Positions 38,139 through 48,346 of a DNA stretch of 64,000 nucleotides are shown in pieces. Numbering within the stretch: position 1 is the stretch's first letter; each line of letters opens with the position of its first letter. The stretch is from assembly GCA_963828195.1 (NCBI GenBank), contig CAWHDT010000001.1, positions 64,001-128,000 on the forward strand, written 5' to 3'. This DNA is from Candidatus Bathyarchaeota archaeon (GTDB lineage Archaea > Thermoproteota > Bathyarchaeia > Bathyarchaeales > Bathycorpusculaceae). The notes beneath the pieces are model-generated. The model worked only from the letters and a program-made list of their open reading frames with translations. It ran no database searches and was not told where the DNA came from. The position numbers were made by a program, and so were the translations under genes.

Positions 38139-39629
38139 ATGAAAGATATCAAAACAACAAGAAGCATTTGCCCTGAATGCCTAAAAGCAATAGACGCAAC
38201 CATCTACGAAGACGACGGCAAAGTCTTCATCAAAAAAGAGTGCGCTGAACATGGGGCTTTTCAAGAACTTTACTGGTCAGATTACGACCAGTATATGCGG
38301 GCAGAGAAATTCCGCTACGACGGTGAAGGCATAAGCAATCCCCGAACCGAGAAAAATAAGGGGTGCCCATACGACTGCGGAATTTGCCCAGAACACAAGT
38401 CCCACACTGCCCTAGCAATAATCGATGTCACAAACAGGTGCAACCTCACTTGCCCTATTTGCTTTGCCAATGCAGCTGCTGCGGGATATGTTTATGAACC
38501 AACTAAAGAGCAGATAGTTGGAATGCTGGAGAACCTTCGAGCCACCAAACCAGTGCCAGCCACGGCGCTTCAGTTCTCAGGCGGAGAACCTACGATACGC
38601 AAAGACCTCTTCGACTTCATTCGAAAAGCAAAAGAACTGGGATTCAGCCATGTAGAGGTTAATACGAACGGTCTTCGACTCTCGCAAAGTGTGGAGTACT
38701 GCAAGCAACTCAAAGAGGCAGGAGTCAGCACTATTTATCTGCAGTTTGATGGTTTAACGTCGGATGTTTTCAAGTTTATTCGCGGCGTTGACTTGCTTGA
38801 TATAAAAATGAAGGCAATCGAAAACCTTCGCCAAGCAGGATTCAACAGCATAGTATTAGTCGTCACATTGGTGAAAGGCGTTAATGACAACCAGCTCGGC
38901 GACATAATCAATTTTGCCGTCAAAAACTTCGATGTGGTAAGATGCGTGAACGTTCAACCAGTCAGCCTCTGCGGAAGGCTGCCGCAGAAAGACCGCGAAA
39001 AAATGCGCATCACAATTCCGGACTTCATGAAGGCTGTTGAAGAGCAAACTAACGGGGCAATAAAAGTCTCAGATTTCTACCCAGTGCCTACGGTTGTTCC
39101 AGTTTCGAAAGCGGTCGGCGCTCTAAAAGATAGGCGATATTTAGAGTTCACTGCTCATCCTCATTGCGGTATGGCAACTTATCTTTTAATTGAAAACGGA
39201 AAAATGGTTCCGATCACGCGCTATGGAAACATCGACAAATTCATCGGGGTAATGAACAAAGTCTATGTGACTGCATCAAAAGGAAGCAAAACCAAAGCTA
39301 AACTACGTTTGGTCAGTTCAATGCGGTACATTAAATTTGGTTTTCTAAGAAAATACGTTTTTGGCGTAGTAACCAATGGCGACTACAAATCCCTCGGTGA
39401 TTTACAGAGACAGGCAATTCTGCTTTCAGCCATGCACTTCATGGATCCATATAACTTTGACCTTGAAAGGGTACAGCGCTGCCTAATCCACTACGCGGTA
39501 CCAGACGGACGCATAATTCCATTCTGCACCATGAACTCAATCCATAGAACGGAAGTTGAAAAGAAACTTGGCGTTCCAATCAAAGAATGGAAAGAAAAAC
39601 ATAACGTTGAAATAAGCCAGCCATTCTAG
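38139..39629 (+). CDS. tes: Tetraether lipid synthase (GDGT-MAS), radical SAM
   Basis: N-terminal CPEC..C.EHG, CPYDCGICPEH, CNLTCPICF, HPHCG, MHFMD.YNFDLERVQRC.IHY..DGRIIPFC. Confidence 0.88.
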   Translation: MKDIKTTRSICPECLKAIDATIYEDDGKVFIKKECAEHGAFQELYWSDYDQYMRAEKFRYDGEGISNPRTEKNKGCPYDCGICPEHKSHTALAIIDVTNRCNLTCPICFANAAAAGYVYEPTKEQIVGMLENLRATKPVPATALQFSGGEPTIRKDLFDFIRKAKELGFSHVEVNTNGLRLSQSVEYCKQLKEAGVSTIYLQFDGLTSDVFKFIRGVDLLDIKMKAIENLRQAGFNSIVLVVTLVKGVNDNQLGDIINFAVKNFDVVRCVNVQPVSLCGRLPQKDREKMRITIPDFMKAVEEQTNGAIKVSDFYPVPTVVPVSKAVGALKDRRYLEFTAHPHCGMATYLLIENGKMVPITRYGNIDKFIGVMNKVYVTASKGSKTKAKLRLVSSMRYIKFGFLRKYVFGVVTNGDYKSLGDLQRQAILLSAMHFMDPYNFDLERVQRCLIHYAVPDGRIIPFCTMNSIHRTEVEKKLGVPIKEWKEKHNVEISQPF

Positions 39630-39645
39630 AAGAACCAAAAGCAAA

Positions 39646-39981
39646 GTGAAACTTATGGGTGGAAAAAAGAAAGTCGGCCTAAAGCAGATGGAGAAGTCGC
39701 AGGTCAAAGAAGACGAGACTAAAGAAGCAAAGAAGAAAGAAAAAGCGGGACCGCCAAAAGAAAGAAAGTCCATTGGAATAATTGCTCCAGACGCAAAAAA
39801 CGACAAAATCGTCAGCGAAATAAAGAAGATGAACGTTCTAACACCGTACGCTGTATCGACAAAATATAACATTCGAGTTAGCGTAGCCAAAGACTTCTTA
39901 GAGCAACTGGAAGCAAACGGTGCAGTTCAACTCGTTTCTGCAAGCCATAACCTCAAAATCTACAAGCCCGCAGCAAGTTAA
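39646..39981 (+). CDS. rps25e: 30S ribosomal protein S25e
   Basis: MGGKKK; LTPYAVSTKYNIRVSVAKDFL..L..IY. Confidence 0.88.
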   Translation: MKLMGGKKKVGLKQMEKSQVKEDETKEAKKKEKAGPPKERKSIGIIAPDAKNDKIVSEIKKMNVLTPYAVSTKYNIRVSVAKDFLEQLEANGAVQLVSASHNLKIYKPAAS

Positions 39982-40036
39982 ACTTGCTAGCAACCAAATA
40001 TTTATTTTAGTTTTATGTAGAGTCGGAGTAGTTTTT

Positions 40037-40519
40037 TTGACGGAATTTCCAGAGAGAGTTTACACAGTTGAAGAAGTAAAAACCGCTAAAGAGCTAGTTG
40101 ACGCAGGCTACAAACATAACCTGACAGTTGAAGGTTCAGAAAAATTTAGAGAAAAAATCAGCCAAACCCTTGAACTCATCAAAACGGCAGGTTACTTCGA
40201 GTTTCTAAGATCATACATTAGGAAAATAATTGAAATCGACGGCATAACTCAACTGCGCGAAACAGAAGTCGCCATCTGGGCAAACAAGTTCGCCGTTGAA
40301 AACCCGGTTGACGCCGCCAGCTTAATCATCCAAAAAGCCTTTCAAATGAAAGAGTACCTGGAAGGTGAACTCTATTATGGCGGCAACGCTGAAAAACGTT
40401 CAGTCAATAAACGCATCGAGTTTCTGCAGGTTTTAAAAGATAAAACCGGCGACGCAGAAGTGAAAGAAGAATGCGAACGGCTGCTTCAAATGTGGAAAGA
40501 GAGTTCATTAGCTTTTTAA
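40037..40519 (+). CDS. Conserved hypothetical protein
   Basis: Long ORF; TTG 40037 preceded by GGAG; no recognised motif. Confidence 0.7.
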   Translation: MTEFPERVYTVEEVKTAKELVDAGYKHNLTVEGSEKFREKISQTLELIKTAGYFEFLRSYIRKIIEIDGITQLRETEVAIWANKFAVENPVDAASLIIQKAFQMKEYLEGELYYGGNAEKRSVNKRIEFLQVLKDKTGDAEVKEECERLLQMWKESSLAF

Positions 40520-40923
40520 GCCGTTATCAATTCGACCTTTATTGTTGCTCCACTTTTAACTTGTTTAAAAATTTCCAAGTTACTTGTTATTTTGCCAAGA
40601 ATGCTCACTGGGCTATAGGGCTGTGAATTGCCGTAGAACACGCATAAAGCGCCGCCCATTGGCCAAAAAGCGATTGTGCCTGTTTCCACGGTCGGCTTAG
40701 CTTTTTCTTCGCCCATTTTAATTGGGATTTCAAAATAAACTTCTTCCTTCCATAATGCAGCTCTTCCTTCAACTGGAAGCTTGCGAACAATAAAATCGAT
40801 GGTTCTTGGCGCTAAAAACCTGACTAATTCACCTTCAGCTTCCCCTAAACCCTCTATGACAAACTTGACTTTAATTCGGGAAACGTCGGCTTGAACATCT
40901 GCTTCATTACTCAACTGAGTCAT
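40516..40923 (-). CDS. Cyclophilin-like fold protein (DUF369 type)
   Basis: APRT..KLP..WKEEVYF..GTIAFWPMGGALCVFYG..PYSPVSILG. Confidence 0.85.
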   Translation of the reverse strand: MTQLSNEADVQADVSRIKVKFVIEGLGEAEGELVRFLAPRTIDFIVRKLPVEGRAALWKEEVYFEIPIKMGEEKAKPTVETGTIAFWPMGGALCVFYGNSQPYSPVSILGKITSNLEIFKQVKSGATIKVELITA

Positions 40924-41029
40924 TCTCCTTTAAGAAAACCCAATAATCTCTCGGGATAGGCTATTCAATATGCAATGCTCAATTTAACTCTTACAGTTAA
41001 CCACTCCAGGCAAACCAATTTCCCGAGAA

Positions 41030-42142
41030 TTAATCGGTTTTTAAGAGGTTTAGAAGAGTTTTCCCGATAAAATCAACTTGTTCAACTGTGACGCCTGGGT
41101 GAATTGGCAGCGAGAAAACCTGTTTTGCCGCTTTGTCCGTTTCAGGCAGTTTGGCGCTTCCAAAGTTTTCTCGGTAAAACGGCATCTGATGCACAGGGTT
41201 GGTGTAATAGACTTCGGCGCCGACGCCTTTTTTCTTTAGCTCTTCCACAATCTTGTTTCTTTCTGATTCGGTCCCGTCTTTCAGTCTTGCAGTGTATAGA
41301 TACCAGCTGTGCAGTCGGTCTTTTGACTCACAGGGTAAAGTGAGCCTGCTGTTTTCTTTCAGAGTTTTCGTTAGTTCTTGCGCGTTTTGGCGGCGTTTTG
41401 CCACAAAGGGCAGTAATTTTTCTAGTTGCACGTTGCCGATGGCTGCTTGTATTTCGGACATGCGGTAGTTGTTTCCAAGAATCAGGGATGCGTATTTGGC
41501 TTTTTCTCCATGAGTTCGAATCATCCGCAAGACTTCGTCTATCTGGTCATTATTTGTTGTGACCACTCCGCCTTCACCCGCGGTTATATTTTTGCTTGCA
41601 TACAAACTCCAGCAAGCAGCATCAGCCAAGCTTCCCGCAGCCTTACCACCGTACGTTGCTCCGTGCGCTTGGGCAGCATCCTCAATCAACGCTAACCCAT
41701 GTTTCTCAGCGATTTCCCGTAGCGGTTTCATGTCAGCTGAAAAACCATAAAGGTCCACGGGCAGTATAGCCTTAGTCTTTTTTGTGATTGCTTTTTCAAC
41801 GGCACCGGGTGAGAGATTGTAAGTTTCAGCGTCAATGTCAGCAAAAACGGGTTTCCCGCCTGCTAAAACGATTGCTTCGGCAGTGGCTACGAAAGTGAAG
41901 CTGGGCAAAATAACTTCGTCAGCCTGTTTGATACCTACTGAAGCCACAGCAGAGTGCAATGCAGCCGTGCCAGTGTTAACCGCCACAGCATGTTTTACGC
42001 CAGCAAATTTGGCAAAATTTTTCTCAAACTCAGTCACCATTGGACCCGCGCCAAGACCGCTTGTTAACATGCCGCTTCTCAAAACTTTCACTACTGCTTG
42101 AACTTCTTCTTCGCCGATCTCTGGCTTATTAATTGGTATCAT
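41030..42142 (-). CDS. DegT/DnrJ/EryC1/StrS sugar aminotransferase
   Basis: NTGTAALH, PSFTFVAT, EDAAQAHGA, SLYASKNITAGEGG, GNNYRM, SLPIHP. Confidence 0.93.
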   Translation of the reverse strand: MIPINKPEIGEEEVQAVVKVLRSGMLTSGLGAGPMVTEFEKNFAKFAGVKHAVAVNTGTAALHSAVASVGIKQADEVILPSFTFVATAEAIVLAGGKPVFADIDAETYNLSPGAVEKAITKKTKAILPVDLYGFSADMKPLREIAEKHGLALIEDAAQAHGATYGGKAAGSLADAACWSLYASKNITAGEGGVVTTNNDQIDEVLRMIRTHGEKAKYASLILGNNYRMSEIQAAIGNVQLEKLLPFVAKRRQNAQELTKTLKENSRLTLPCESKDRLHSWYLYTARLKDGTESERNKIVEELKKKGVGAEVYYTNPVHQMPFYRENFGSAKLPETDKAAKQVFSLPIHPGVTVEQVDFIGKTLLNLLKTD

Positions 42143-42217
42143 TATTTAGCCTCACTTTGTTGGGATACTGCTCACACGCTACTATTTCATTTTTTCCGAC
42201 GATTAATAGAAAAACGA

Positions 42218-43351
42218 TTATTCTACAGCCATTTTTCGCAGGATTTTGTAGTCAACTACAACTCTGATTTCCTGTGCCCTAAGATCTTGATCCAGTTCTG
42301 CGTCGCCTGTGTCAACCCTTAAACTCTTCAATCTGTCCAATTTGCTTTTTGTCGCAACCACAACAATGTTGTCTAAGCCCACTTGACGGATAACTTTCGC
42401 GCTTATCTGCTGATTGCCTCTGCCAAAAATGAAGCCCTGACCCCCAATCGGCGTCACAATTATCCCTGCCTCTTTTCCAGCTATGGCTTGCAGTATTTGT
42501 TTCTCGTTTGCGTCGTTGACGACTATTTTTTTGTTTTGAAATAAGTCTACTCCAAGAAGCGTTTTTTTCTGGTCCAAGAGGTCGCTGATAGTGCGGGTGG
42601 TTGTTCCAGGTCCCATTATATAAATGGTGCTTGGCTTCATTTCTTCGATAATATAAATTGCCGTGGCTGCTTGGTTTCGCATTTCGCTCTCTGTCATTGG
42701 GCTTTCAAGTTTGTTGCCCTGAATCAAGCTGGGCTCGTAGGGGCTTAGCATGTACCCGTAGAGTTCGGCGGAAAGATGACCTTCTCTGAAGGCTTGTTCA
42801 TCTATATCCATGACTTCGGCCTCATGCAATGGCAATCCAACCCAAAGATATCTGAGGGCTACTCTTGCCGCCGCCTGAGGAGTAACGGCGAATATGGCGC
42901 TGTGCATTTTGACTCCTGTGGGAACCCCAAGCACAGGAACCTTCATGCCGACGGCTTTTTGTACGTCGCGAGCGGTTCCGTCGCCGCCGCAGAAAACAAG
43001 CAAATCGACCTTGGCTGCGATCATTGCTTTGGCGATGCCTTGGGTGTCTTGGGAAGTTGTTTCGCCTCTACATTCACCGATTGCCTCAAAAGCCAAACCG
43101 CATTTTTTAGCCTCATGCTCCCCCATGCCACCTGCACCAACCATCAGACGCAAATCGTCAGCCTCCACCAAACCAGCAAGAAAAATTTCGGCTCTCGCCG
43201 CCGCTATAGGTTTAGCCCCAAGCGAAATGGCTTTCTCCAAAACTGCTTTGCCATCTGTTCCTTTCAACCCGACTGCGCCGCCCATTCCAGCAACTGGGTT
43301 AACGATGAAACCGATGGTTTTTGTTGGCAAACTTTTCTGTGGAACGGGCAA
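42218..43351 (-). CDS. ATP-NAD kinase family protein
   Basis: VNPVAGMGG..GLKGTDG, GGDGTARD, GVKMHS, TPIGGQGFIFGRGNQQ. Confidence 0.88.
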   Translation of the reverse strand: MPVPQKSLPTKTIGFIVNPVAGMGGAVGLKGTDGKAVLEKAISLGAKPIAAARAEIFLAGLVEADDLRLMVGAGGMGEHEAKKCGLAFEAIGECRGETTSQDTQGIAKAMIAAKVDLLVFCGGDGTARDVQKAVGMKVPVLGVPTGVKMHSAIFAVTPQAAARVALRYLWVGLPLHEAEVMDIDEQAFREGHLSAELYGYMLSPYEPSLIQGNKLESPMTESEMRNQAATAIYIIEEMKPSTIYIMGPGTTTRTISDLLDQKKTLLGVDLFQNKKIVVNDANEKQILQAIAGKEAGIIVTPIGGQGFIFGRGNQQISAKVIRQVGLDNIVVVATKSKLDRLKSLRVDTGDAELDQDLRAQEIRVVVDYKILRKMAVE

Positions 43352-43541
43352 TAGGAATAACCTAAGTTGGTATTGGAGCGCTAGGATAAAAAGAAAATGT
43401 GACTGTGAGGTGACCTATTTGGATCCTAACAGATTCGATTGAGTCTTTTATGAAAAATTGCGTTAAACTCCGGCAAATAAGCATCTCAGGTTAAACGCTC
43501 TATTACCGCAATCAGAGTGCAGGTTGCTGCATGGACAGAAG

Positions 43542-43583
43542 GAAGAAGAAGAAAAACGATTTTTCCAACCTTCTTCTTCTTTT
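43542..43583 (-). repeat. Dispersed 42-bp palindromic element, copy B
   Basis: Minus strand reads AAAAGAAGAAGAAG-GT-TGGAAAAA-TCG-TTTTTCTTCTTCTTC. Confidence 0.75.
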
Positions 43584-43655
43584 AAAAAACATCGCTCCGC
43601 AAAATTTTCACGCAGTCGCCATTTGGATATCTATAAGACCGAGAGGGTAGACTGT

Positions 43656-43717
43656 GAGAAAGAGAGAGAAAGAGAGAGAAAGAGAAAATGAGTTAAGGAA
43701 AGAGAAAAGAGTGGAGC
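43656..43717 (-). terminator. Pyrimidine-rich (minus strand) tract with tandem AGAGAGAGAA units just 3' of trpB2
   Basis: gagaa agagagagaa agagagagaa agagaa on plus strand; U/C-rich in the transcript, typical of archaeal terminators. Confidence 0.5.
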
Positions 43718-45130
43718 TTAGAGTGTTTCGCAGCTTATGTATTTCTTGTTGACTTCGTCGAGCCATGGGTATAGCTTGTGCAGTTTTTTCATTGATTCCT
43801 CAACTTTCTGCGCTGGATACTCGTATGCTTGGAGGTTGCCGCTGAAGTATTCGTCGTATGCTGCCATGTCAAAGTAGCCGTGGCCGCAGAGCACGAACAG
43901 GATGGTTTTTGCTTCACCCGTTTTTTTGCAGCGAAGTGCTTCGTCGATGACACCTTTGATTGCGTGAGAGGGTTCAGGCGCTGGGATAATGCCTTCGGAT
44001 TGGATGAAGAGTTTCGCGGCGTCGAAAACCTCCAGTTGATTGAAGGCTTCGGTTGTCATCTTTTTCTCCTGCACTAACTTGCTTATCACAGGGGAAATGC
44101 CGTGGTAACGTAATCCGCCCGCATGTATGGGTGCAGGGATGAAGTCGTGGCCGATGGTGTGCATTGGGACAAGCGGCGTCAGTTTTGCTGTGTCGCCGTG
44201 ATCGTACTGGTAGTATCCTTTAGTGACTTTGGGGCAAGCCGTGGCTTCGGTCGCGACGAACTTTGTCTTTTTAGGCGCCTTCTTCGAGACTTGGTCATAG
44301 TAAAAGGGCCACATCAACCCGTTGAAGCTGCTGCCTCCACCTATGCATCCGTAGACCACGTCAGGGTAATCATCCACCAACTCAAGCTGCTTCTTAGCTT
44401 CTAAGCCTTCAACAGTCTGGTGCAAGCAAACATGATTAAAGACGCTGCCGATCGCGTAGTTAGTTTCTTTCTCGTTAACAAGAGCATCTTCCACCGCCTC
44501 GCTGATGGCTATGCCAAGGCTGCCTTTGTTATCCGGGTCTTCCTCAAGGATTTTTCTACCTGCCTCCGTCCTGGCGCTCGGGCTCGGAATACATTCTGCG
44601 CCAAAAGCCTTCATCATCATCTTTCGGTATGGTTTCTGGTCATAGCTTGCACGCACCATGTAAATGGTGGCTTTAAGCCCGAAAGTCATGGCTGCAAACG
44701 CCAAAGCGGAACCCCACTGGCCTGCGCCTGTTTCCGTGGACAGACGCTCGGTGCCTTCTTTCATGTTATAATAGGCTTGGGGCACGGCGGTGTTGGGTTT
44801 GTGGCTTCCAGCTGGGCTGACGCCTTCGTATTTGTAGTAGATTTTTGCTGGTGTTTTTAACGCTTTTTCCAACCCGAGGGCTCTGAAAAGCGGGGAGGGT
44901 CTCCAGATTCGGTAGACTTCTCGAACTTCCTCAGGTATGTCTATCCATCGTTCTTGGCTTATTTCTTGGCCGATGATTGCTTTTGGGAATATTCTTGGGA
45001 CTATTCCGACGCCGGGCTGTTTTGTTGCTGCATCGATGAATGGTGGCAGCGGCTTGGGCAAGTCGGGAACTATGTTATACCACTGTTTGGGTATATCGTC
45101 TTCGTTGAGTAAGATTTTTCTGTTTGGCAT
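43718..45130 (-). CDS. trpB2: Tryptophan synthase beta chain 2 (TrpB2)
   Basis: [18 protein letters not shown] (PLP Lys), [33 protein letters not shown]. Confidence 0.94.
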   Translation of the reverse strand: MPNRKILLNEDDIPKQWYNIVPDLPKPLPPFIDAATKQPGVGIVPRIFPKAIIGQEISQERWIDIPEEVREVYRIWRPSPLFRALGLEKALKTPAKIYYKYEGVSPAGSHKPNTAVPQAYYNMKEGTERLSTETGAGQWGSALAFAAMTFGLKATIYMVRASYDQKPYRKMMMKAFGAECIPSPSARTEAGRKILEEDPDNKGSLGIAISEAVEDALVNEKETNYAIGSVFNHVCLHQTVEGLEAKKQLELVDDYPDVVYGCIGGGSSFNGLMWPFYYDQVSKKAPKKTKFVATEATACPKVTKGYYQYDHGDTAKLTPLVPMHTIGHDFIPAPIHAGGLRYHGISPVISKLVQEKKMTTEAFNQLEVFDAAKLFIQSEGIIPAPEPSHAIKGVIDEALRCKKTGEAKTILFVLCGHGYFDMAAYDEYFSGNLQAYEYPAQKVEESMKKLHKLYPWLDEVNKKYISCETL

Positions 45131-45192
45131 TTTTTTCGCCTTTTGTCTTTTAAGCTATGAAACGTACCTCCAAGTTTTATTTAAGGCTTTTG

Positions 45193-45208
45193 TGTACACA
45201 TTTGTACA
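45193..45208. promoter_or_regulatory. Tandem TRP boxes TGTACA-N4-TGTACA (putative TrpY operator)
   Basis: TGTACA 45193-45198, CATT, TGTACA 45203-45208; lies between divergent trpB2 and trpY, next to the trpB2 TATA (TTAAATA on minus, about 45178-45184). Confidence 0.8.
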
Positions 45209-45276
45209 TGAAACAGGAGAGGGTTAAACAACACATTTATACTTAAAAGAACAAAAACATACATAAGCGAAACAAA

Positions 45277-45780
45277 ATGTGGAGCCAAATAAAAAACCAA
45301 ATGCAAAACTACCCCGAACGACTCAGAGTAGCACGCGTCCTAATAGAAAACGGACTAAGCGTCCACGGCAACAAAATATGCCTAAACCAAATCGAAATCC
45401 CCCCAGTACGCATAGCCAGAGCTGCAGCAGTAGATCGCAGAACAGTAAACGAAACATTAAACACAATAAAAGCCAACCCTGAACTCAAATTAATTTTTGA
45501 AGAAATACGTCCAGCTGGACACTCGCTAAGAGAAATTGCCAAACACCTCAATCTCGGAGTCTTAGAAATAACTCCTGTAAACGCAAAATCGCCGGGGATC
45601 TTATCCAGCGCAGCCACGATTCTTAACAGAGCAGGATTAAGCATTAGACAAGCCATCGTTGATGACCCTGAACTCTCACCGGAGCCAAAACTCACTTTAA
45701 TAGTTGAGAAAAAAATCCCAGGCGAATTAATCCCTGAACTGCTCGAAATATCGGGTGTAGCTAAAGTTTCAGTGTACTGA
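45277..45780 (+). CDS. trpY: Tryptophan-responsive repressor TrpY (HTH + ACT domain)
   Basis: MW..IK..YP.R..VAR, IARAAAVDRRTV, PAG..LRE.A..L..GVLEI, PGIL, SIRQA..DPEL..PKLT, IPGE; same layout as Methanothermobacter TrpY. Confidence 0.82.
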   Translation: MWSQIKNQMQNYPERLRVARVLIENGLSVHGNKICLNQIEIPPVRIARAAAVDRRTVNETLNTIKANPELKLIFEEIRPAGHSLREIAKHLNLGVLEITPVNAKSPGILSSAATILNRAGLSIRQAIVDDPELSPEPKLTLIVEKKIPGELIPELLEISGVAKVSVY

Positions 45781-45934
45781 ATCGCGTGGCAAAAATGAAA
45801 CAAAGAAAACTGTAAAAGCAGAACAAATGATGCAGAAAACGCTTTCCTAAGCCTTGTTAATTATGCATTGACTAGAAAAACTTATATGGCTAGTAACATT
45901 TTGTTGTTGTTCGCGTTACAGGAGATTACTTGAT

Positions 45935-47608
45935 TTGTCATCATTTCCAACCCAAGCGGGCGGCGTACCCATTCTTGTTTTGAAAGAAGGTTCAAACCGG
46001 TCCCGCGGAAGAGAAGCACAGCATGGAAACATAACTGCTGCCAAAGTTGTAGGTGAAAGTGTCCGAAGCTCTTTAGGCCCTAAAGGCATGGATAAAATGT
46101 TAGTTGACAACTTCGGAGACACCACAATAACAAGTGATGGTCGAACCATCTTAGATGAGATGGATATTCAGCATCCGGCAGCCAAAATGCTCGTTGAAAT
46201 TGCTAAAACCCAAGACAACGAAGCGGGCGATGGAACAACATCAGTAGTGATTATTGCAGGTGAGCTTCTCAATAAAGCGGAAGAATTAATTGACAAAAAT
46301 GTTCACCCAACAATCATCATTGAAGGTTATAGGGTGGCTGCTGAAAAAGCGCTGGAGACACTGGAAAAAATAGCCATACCGGTGGATCTGAAGTCTCAGG
46401 ATTACTTGAAAAAAGCTGCAACAACCTCGATGGGAAGCAAAATCGTTGCTGAATACAAAGATTACTTGGCGGACTTAGCTGTTAAGGCAATGATAGCGGT
46501 CACCGAGGAAAACGACGGAGTCTACAAGGCGGATGTTGACGACGTAAAAGTCGAAAAGAAAACAGGGGAATCACTAAGCGACACCAGCCTGATAAACGGC
46601 ATAGTTTTAGACAAAGAGATCGTTCAATCAGGAATGCCCAAGCGTGTGGAAAAAGCAAAGATTGCATTACTTGATGTTTCATTAGAGATTGAAAAACCCG
46701 AGTTAGATGCTAAAATAAACATCGAAAGCCCCGACCAGATTGAAGCGTTCCTCAAGCAAGAAGAAACAATGCTAAAAGAAATAACTAACAAAATTTTAGC
46801 GTCGGGCGCCAATGTAGTAGTGTGCCAAAAGGGCATAGATGATATGGTTCAGCATTTCCTTTCAAGGAAAGGAACCATCGCCATTAGAAGAGCCAAAAAA
46901 TCGGACGTGGAAAAACTCGCAAAAGCCACAGGCGGAAAGATAATTTCTAACTTGGACGATATTTCATCCTCAGACCTCGGGTACGCGGCTTTGGTGGAAG
47001 AACGAAGAATTGGCGACGACAAAATGACTTTCGTTGAAGGCTGCAAGAACCCCAAAGCAGTCACCATCTTAATCAGAGCTGGAACTCAACGCATGACTGC
47101 AGAAGCCGAACGCTCAATCCACGATGCGCTATGCGTTATCAGGGATCTAATTCAAGAGCCAAAAATCGTGGCTGGAGGAAGCGCTCCTGAACTTGAAATG
47201 GCGAGCGTACTTAGAAAATACGCTGAAAAAATGCCAGGCAGAGAACAACTTGCAGTCAGGATGTTCGCTGAAGCCCTCGAATCTATAACCGTGACGCTTG
47301 CTGAAAACGCCGGCTTAGACCCAATCGACATACTTTCAGAATTACGATCCAGACACGAAAAAGGAGAAACATGGGCTGGCATAGAAGTCTTAACTGGAAA
47401 AATCCAGGACATGTCAAAAGTAAACATTTTTGAGCCCCTCTCAGTTAAAAAACAAATAATCAAATCAGCAAACGAAGCAGCATCCATGATACTCAAAATC
47501 GACGATGTCATTGCCTCAGGCAAAATGAAGGGACCACCACCAGGAGCCATGGGCGGCGGCGGAATGGGTGGAATGGGCGGAGGATATCCAGGTGCTGGAG
47601 AGTATTAA
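45935..47608 (+). CDS. ths: Thermosome (group II chaperonin) subunit
   Basis: [25 protein letters not shown]-rich tail. Confidence 0.97.
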   Translation: MSSFPTQAGGVPILVLKEGSNRSRGREAQHGNITAAKVVGESVRSSLGPKGMDKMLVDNFGDTTITSDGRTILDEMDIQHPAAKMLVEIAKTQDNEAGDGTTSVVIIAGELLNKAEELIDKNVHPTIIIEGYRVAAEKALETLEKIAIPVDLKSQDYLKKAATTSMGSKIVAEYKDYLADLAVKAMIAVTEENDGVYKADVDDVKVEKKTGESLSDTSLINGIVLDKEIVQSGMPKRVEKAKIALLDVSLEIEKPELDAKINIESPDQIEAFLKQEETMLKEITNKILASGANVVVCQKGIDDMVQHFLSRKGTIAIRRAKKSDVEKLAKATGGKIISNLDDISSSDLGYAALVEERRIGDDKMTFVEGCKNPKAVTILIRAGTQRMTAEAERSIHDALCVIRDLIQEPKIVAGGSAPELEMASVLRKYAEKMPGREQLAVRMFAEALESITVTLAENAGLDPIDILSELRSRHEKGETWAGIEVLTGKIQDMSKVNIFEPLSVKKQIIKSANEAASMILKIDDVIASGKMKGPPPGAMGGGGMGGMGGGYPGAGEY

Positions 47609-47612
47609 AATA

Positions 47613-47855
47613 ATGTCAGAACAAAAAATAACAGTTGGACCACCAAAAATTACTCGCTTCGAGAAAGCAAGAATAGTTGGAGCTCGAGCGCTTCAAATTT
47701 CGATGGGAGCACCGATTTTGGTGGATGCAAGTGAAAATACAAACCCGATTGACATCGCTCTGAAAGAACTTGACGCTAGAATACTGCCGATAACGATCAG
47801 AAGGACATTGCCAGACGGAACTTTCCAAGATATCCCATTGAAATGGCTAACTTAA
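47613..47855 (+). CDS. rpoK: RNA polymerase subunit K (Rpo6)
   Basis: [28 protein letters not shown]. Confidence 0.96.
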   Translation: MSEQKITVGPPKITRFEKARIVGARALQISMGAPILVDASENTNPIDIALKELDARILPITIRRTLPDGTFQDIPLKWLT

Positions 47856-47857
47856 GC

Positions 47858-48346
47858 TCAATCTTTTCCTTTCGATTCTTCAAGTTTTGCCTGCGCTTCG
47901 TTAATTGTGTTGTTGATTTGTTTCCAGTGTGCTCCTTGCCAGTAGATTTGCCCGCAATTTGGGCATTTCCAAAACTTATCGTAGTAGGTGAACGTGTTTT
48001 TCTGTAGTTCGCCTGAAAGCTGCTCTTTCGGGGTAGCCTTAAGTTTTGTGTTGCATAGCGGGCAATGGGACTTTTCCATATCTGCCTCTAACGTTAAACT
48101 GTATCTTCTGGCAACTTCTGCCAACCGTTCGGATTCCGATTTTCCTCCAACGAAAAAGGCACCTATGCCTTTGGTCACGGCACGTTTGTAGAGCTCTAAA
48201 TCTTTAGTTAATAAAACTCTGTTTTCATTTTTTGCAAACTCAAGAAGTTCAGAATCACTCAGTTCGGTCGAGTATATGACGTCATGCCCCAAGATGCGTA
48301 GCCAACGCGCCAGTTTCCCAAGCATACCATCTGCCAAGAATTTCAC
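47858..48346 (-). CDS. Mut7-C RNase domain protein (PIN-like + Zn ribbon)
   Basis: FLADGMLGKLARWLRILG.D, LLTKD, CPLCN..CPNCGQIYWQGAHW. Confidence 0.92.
   Translation of the reverse strand: MKFLADGMLGKLARWLRILGHDVIYSTELSDSELLEFAKNENRVLLTKDLELYKRAVTKGIGAFFVGGKSESERLAEVARRYSLTLEADMEKSHCPLCNTKLKATPKEQLSGELQKNTFTYYDKFWKCPNCGQIYWQGAHWKQINNTINEAQAKLEESKGKD

Noticed and set aside
42776-43442. Long antisense ORFs (192 and 182 aa), and similar ones at 4138, 31893, 45309, 52684 and 55866
   Set aside because: They are shadow frames opposite well-supported genes and have no motifs.
47545-47585. GGC/GGA-rich repeat at the thermosome 3' end
   Set aside because: It encodes the ordinary GGM chaperonin tail.
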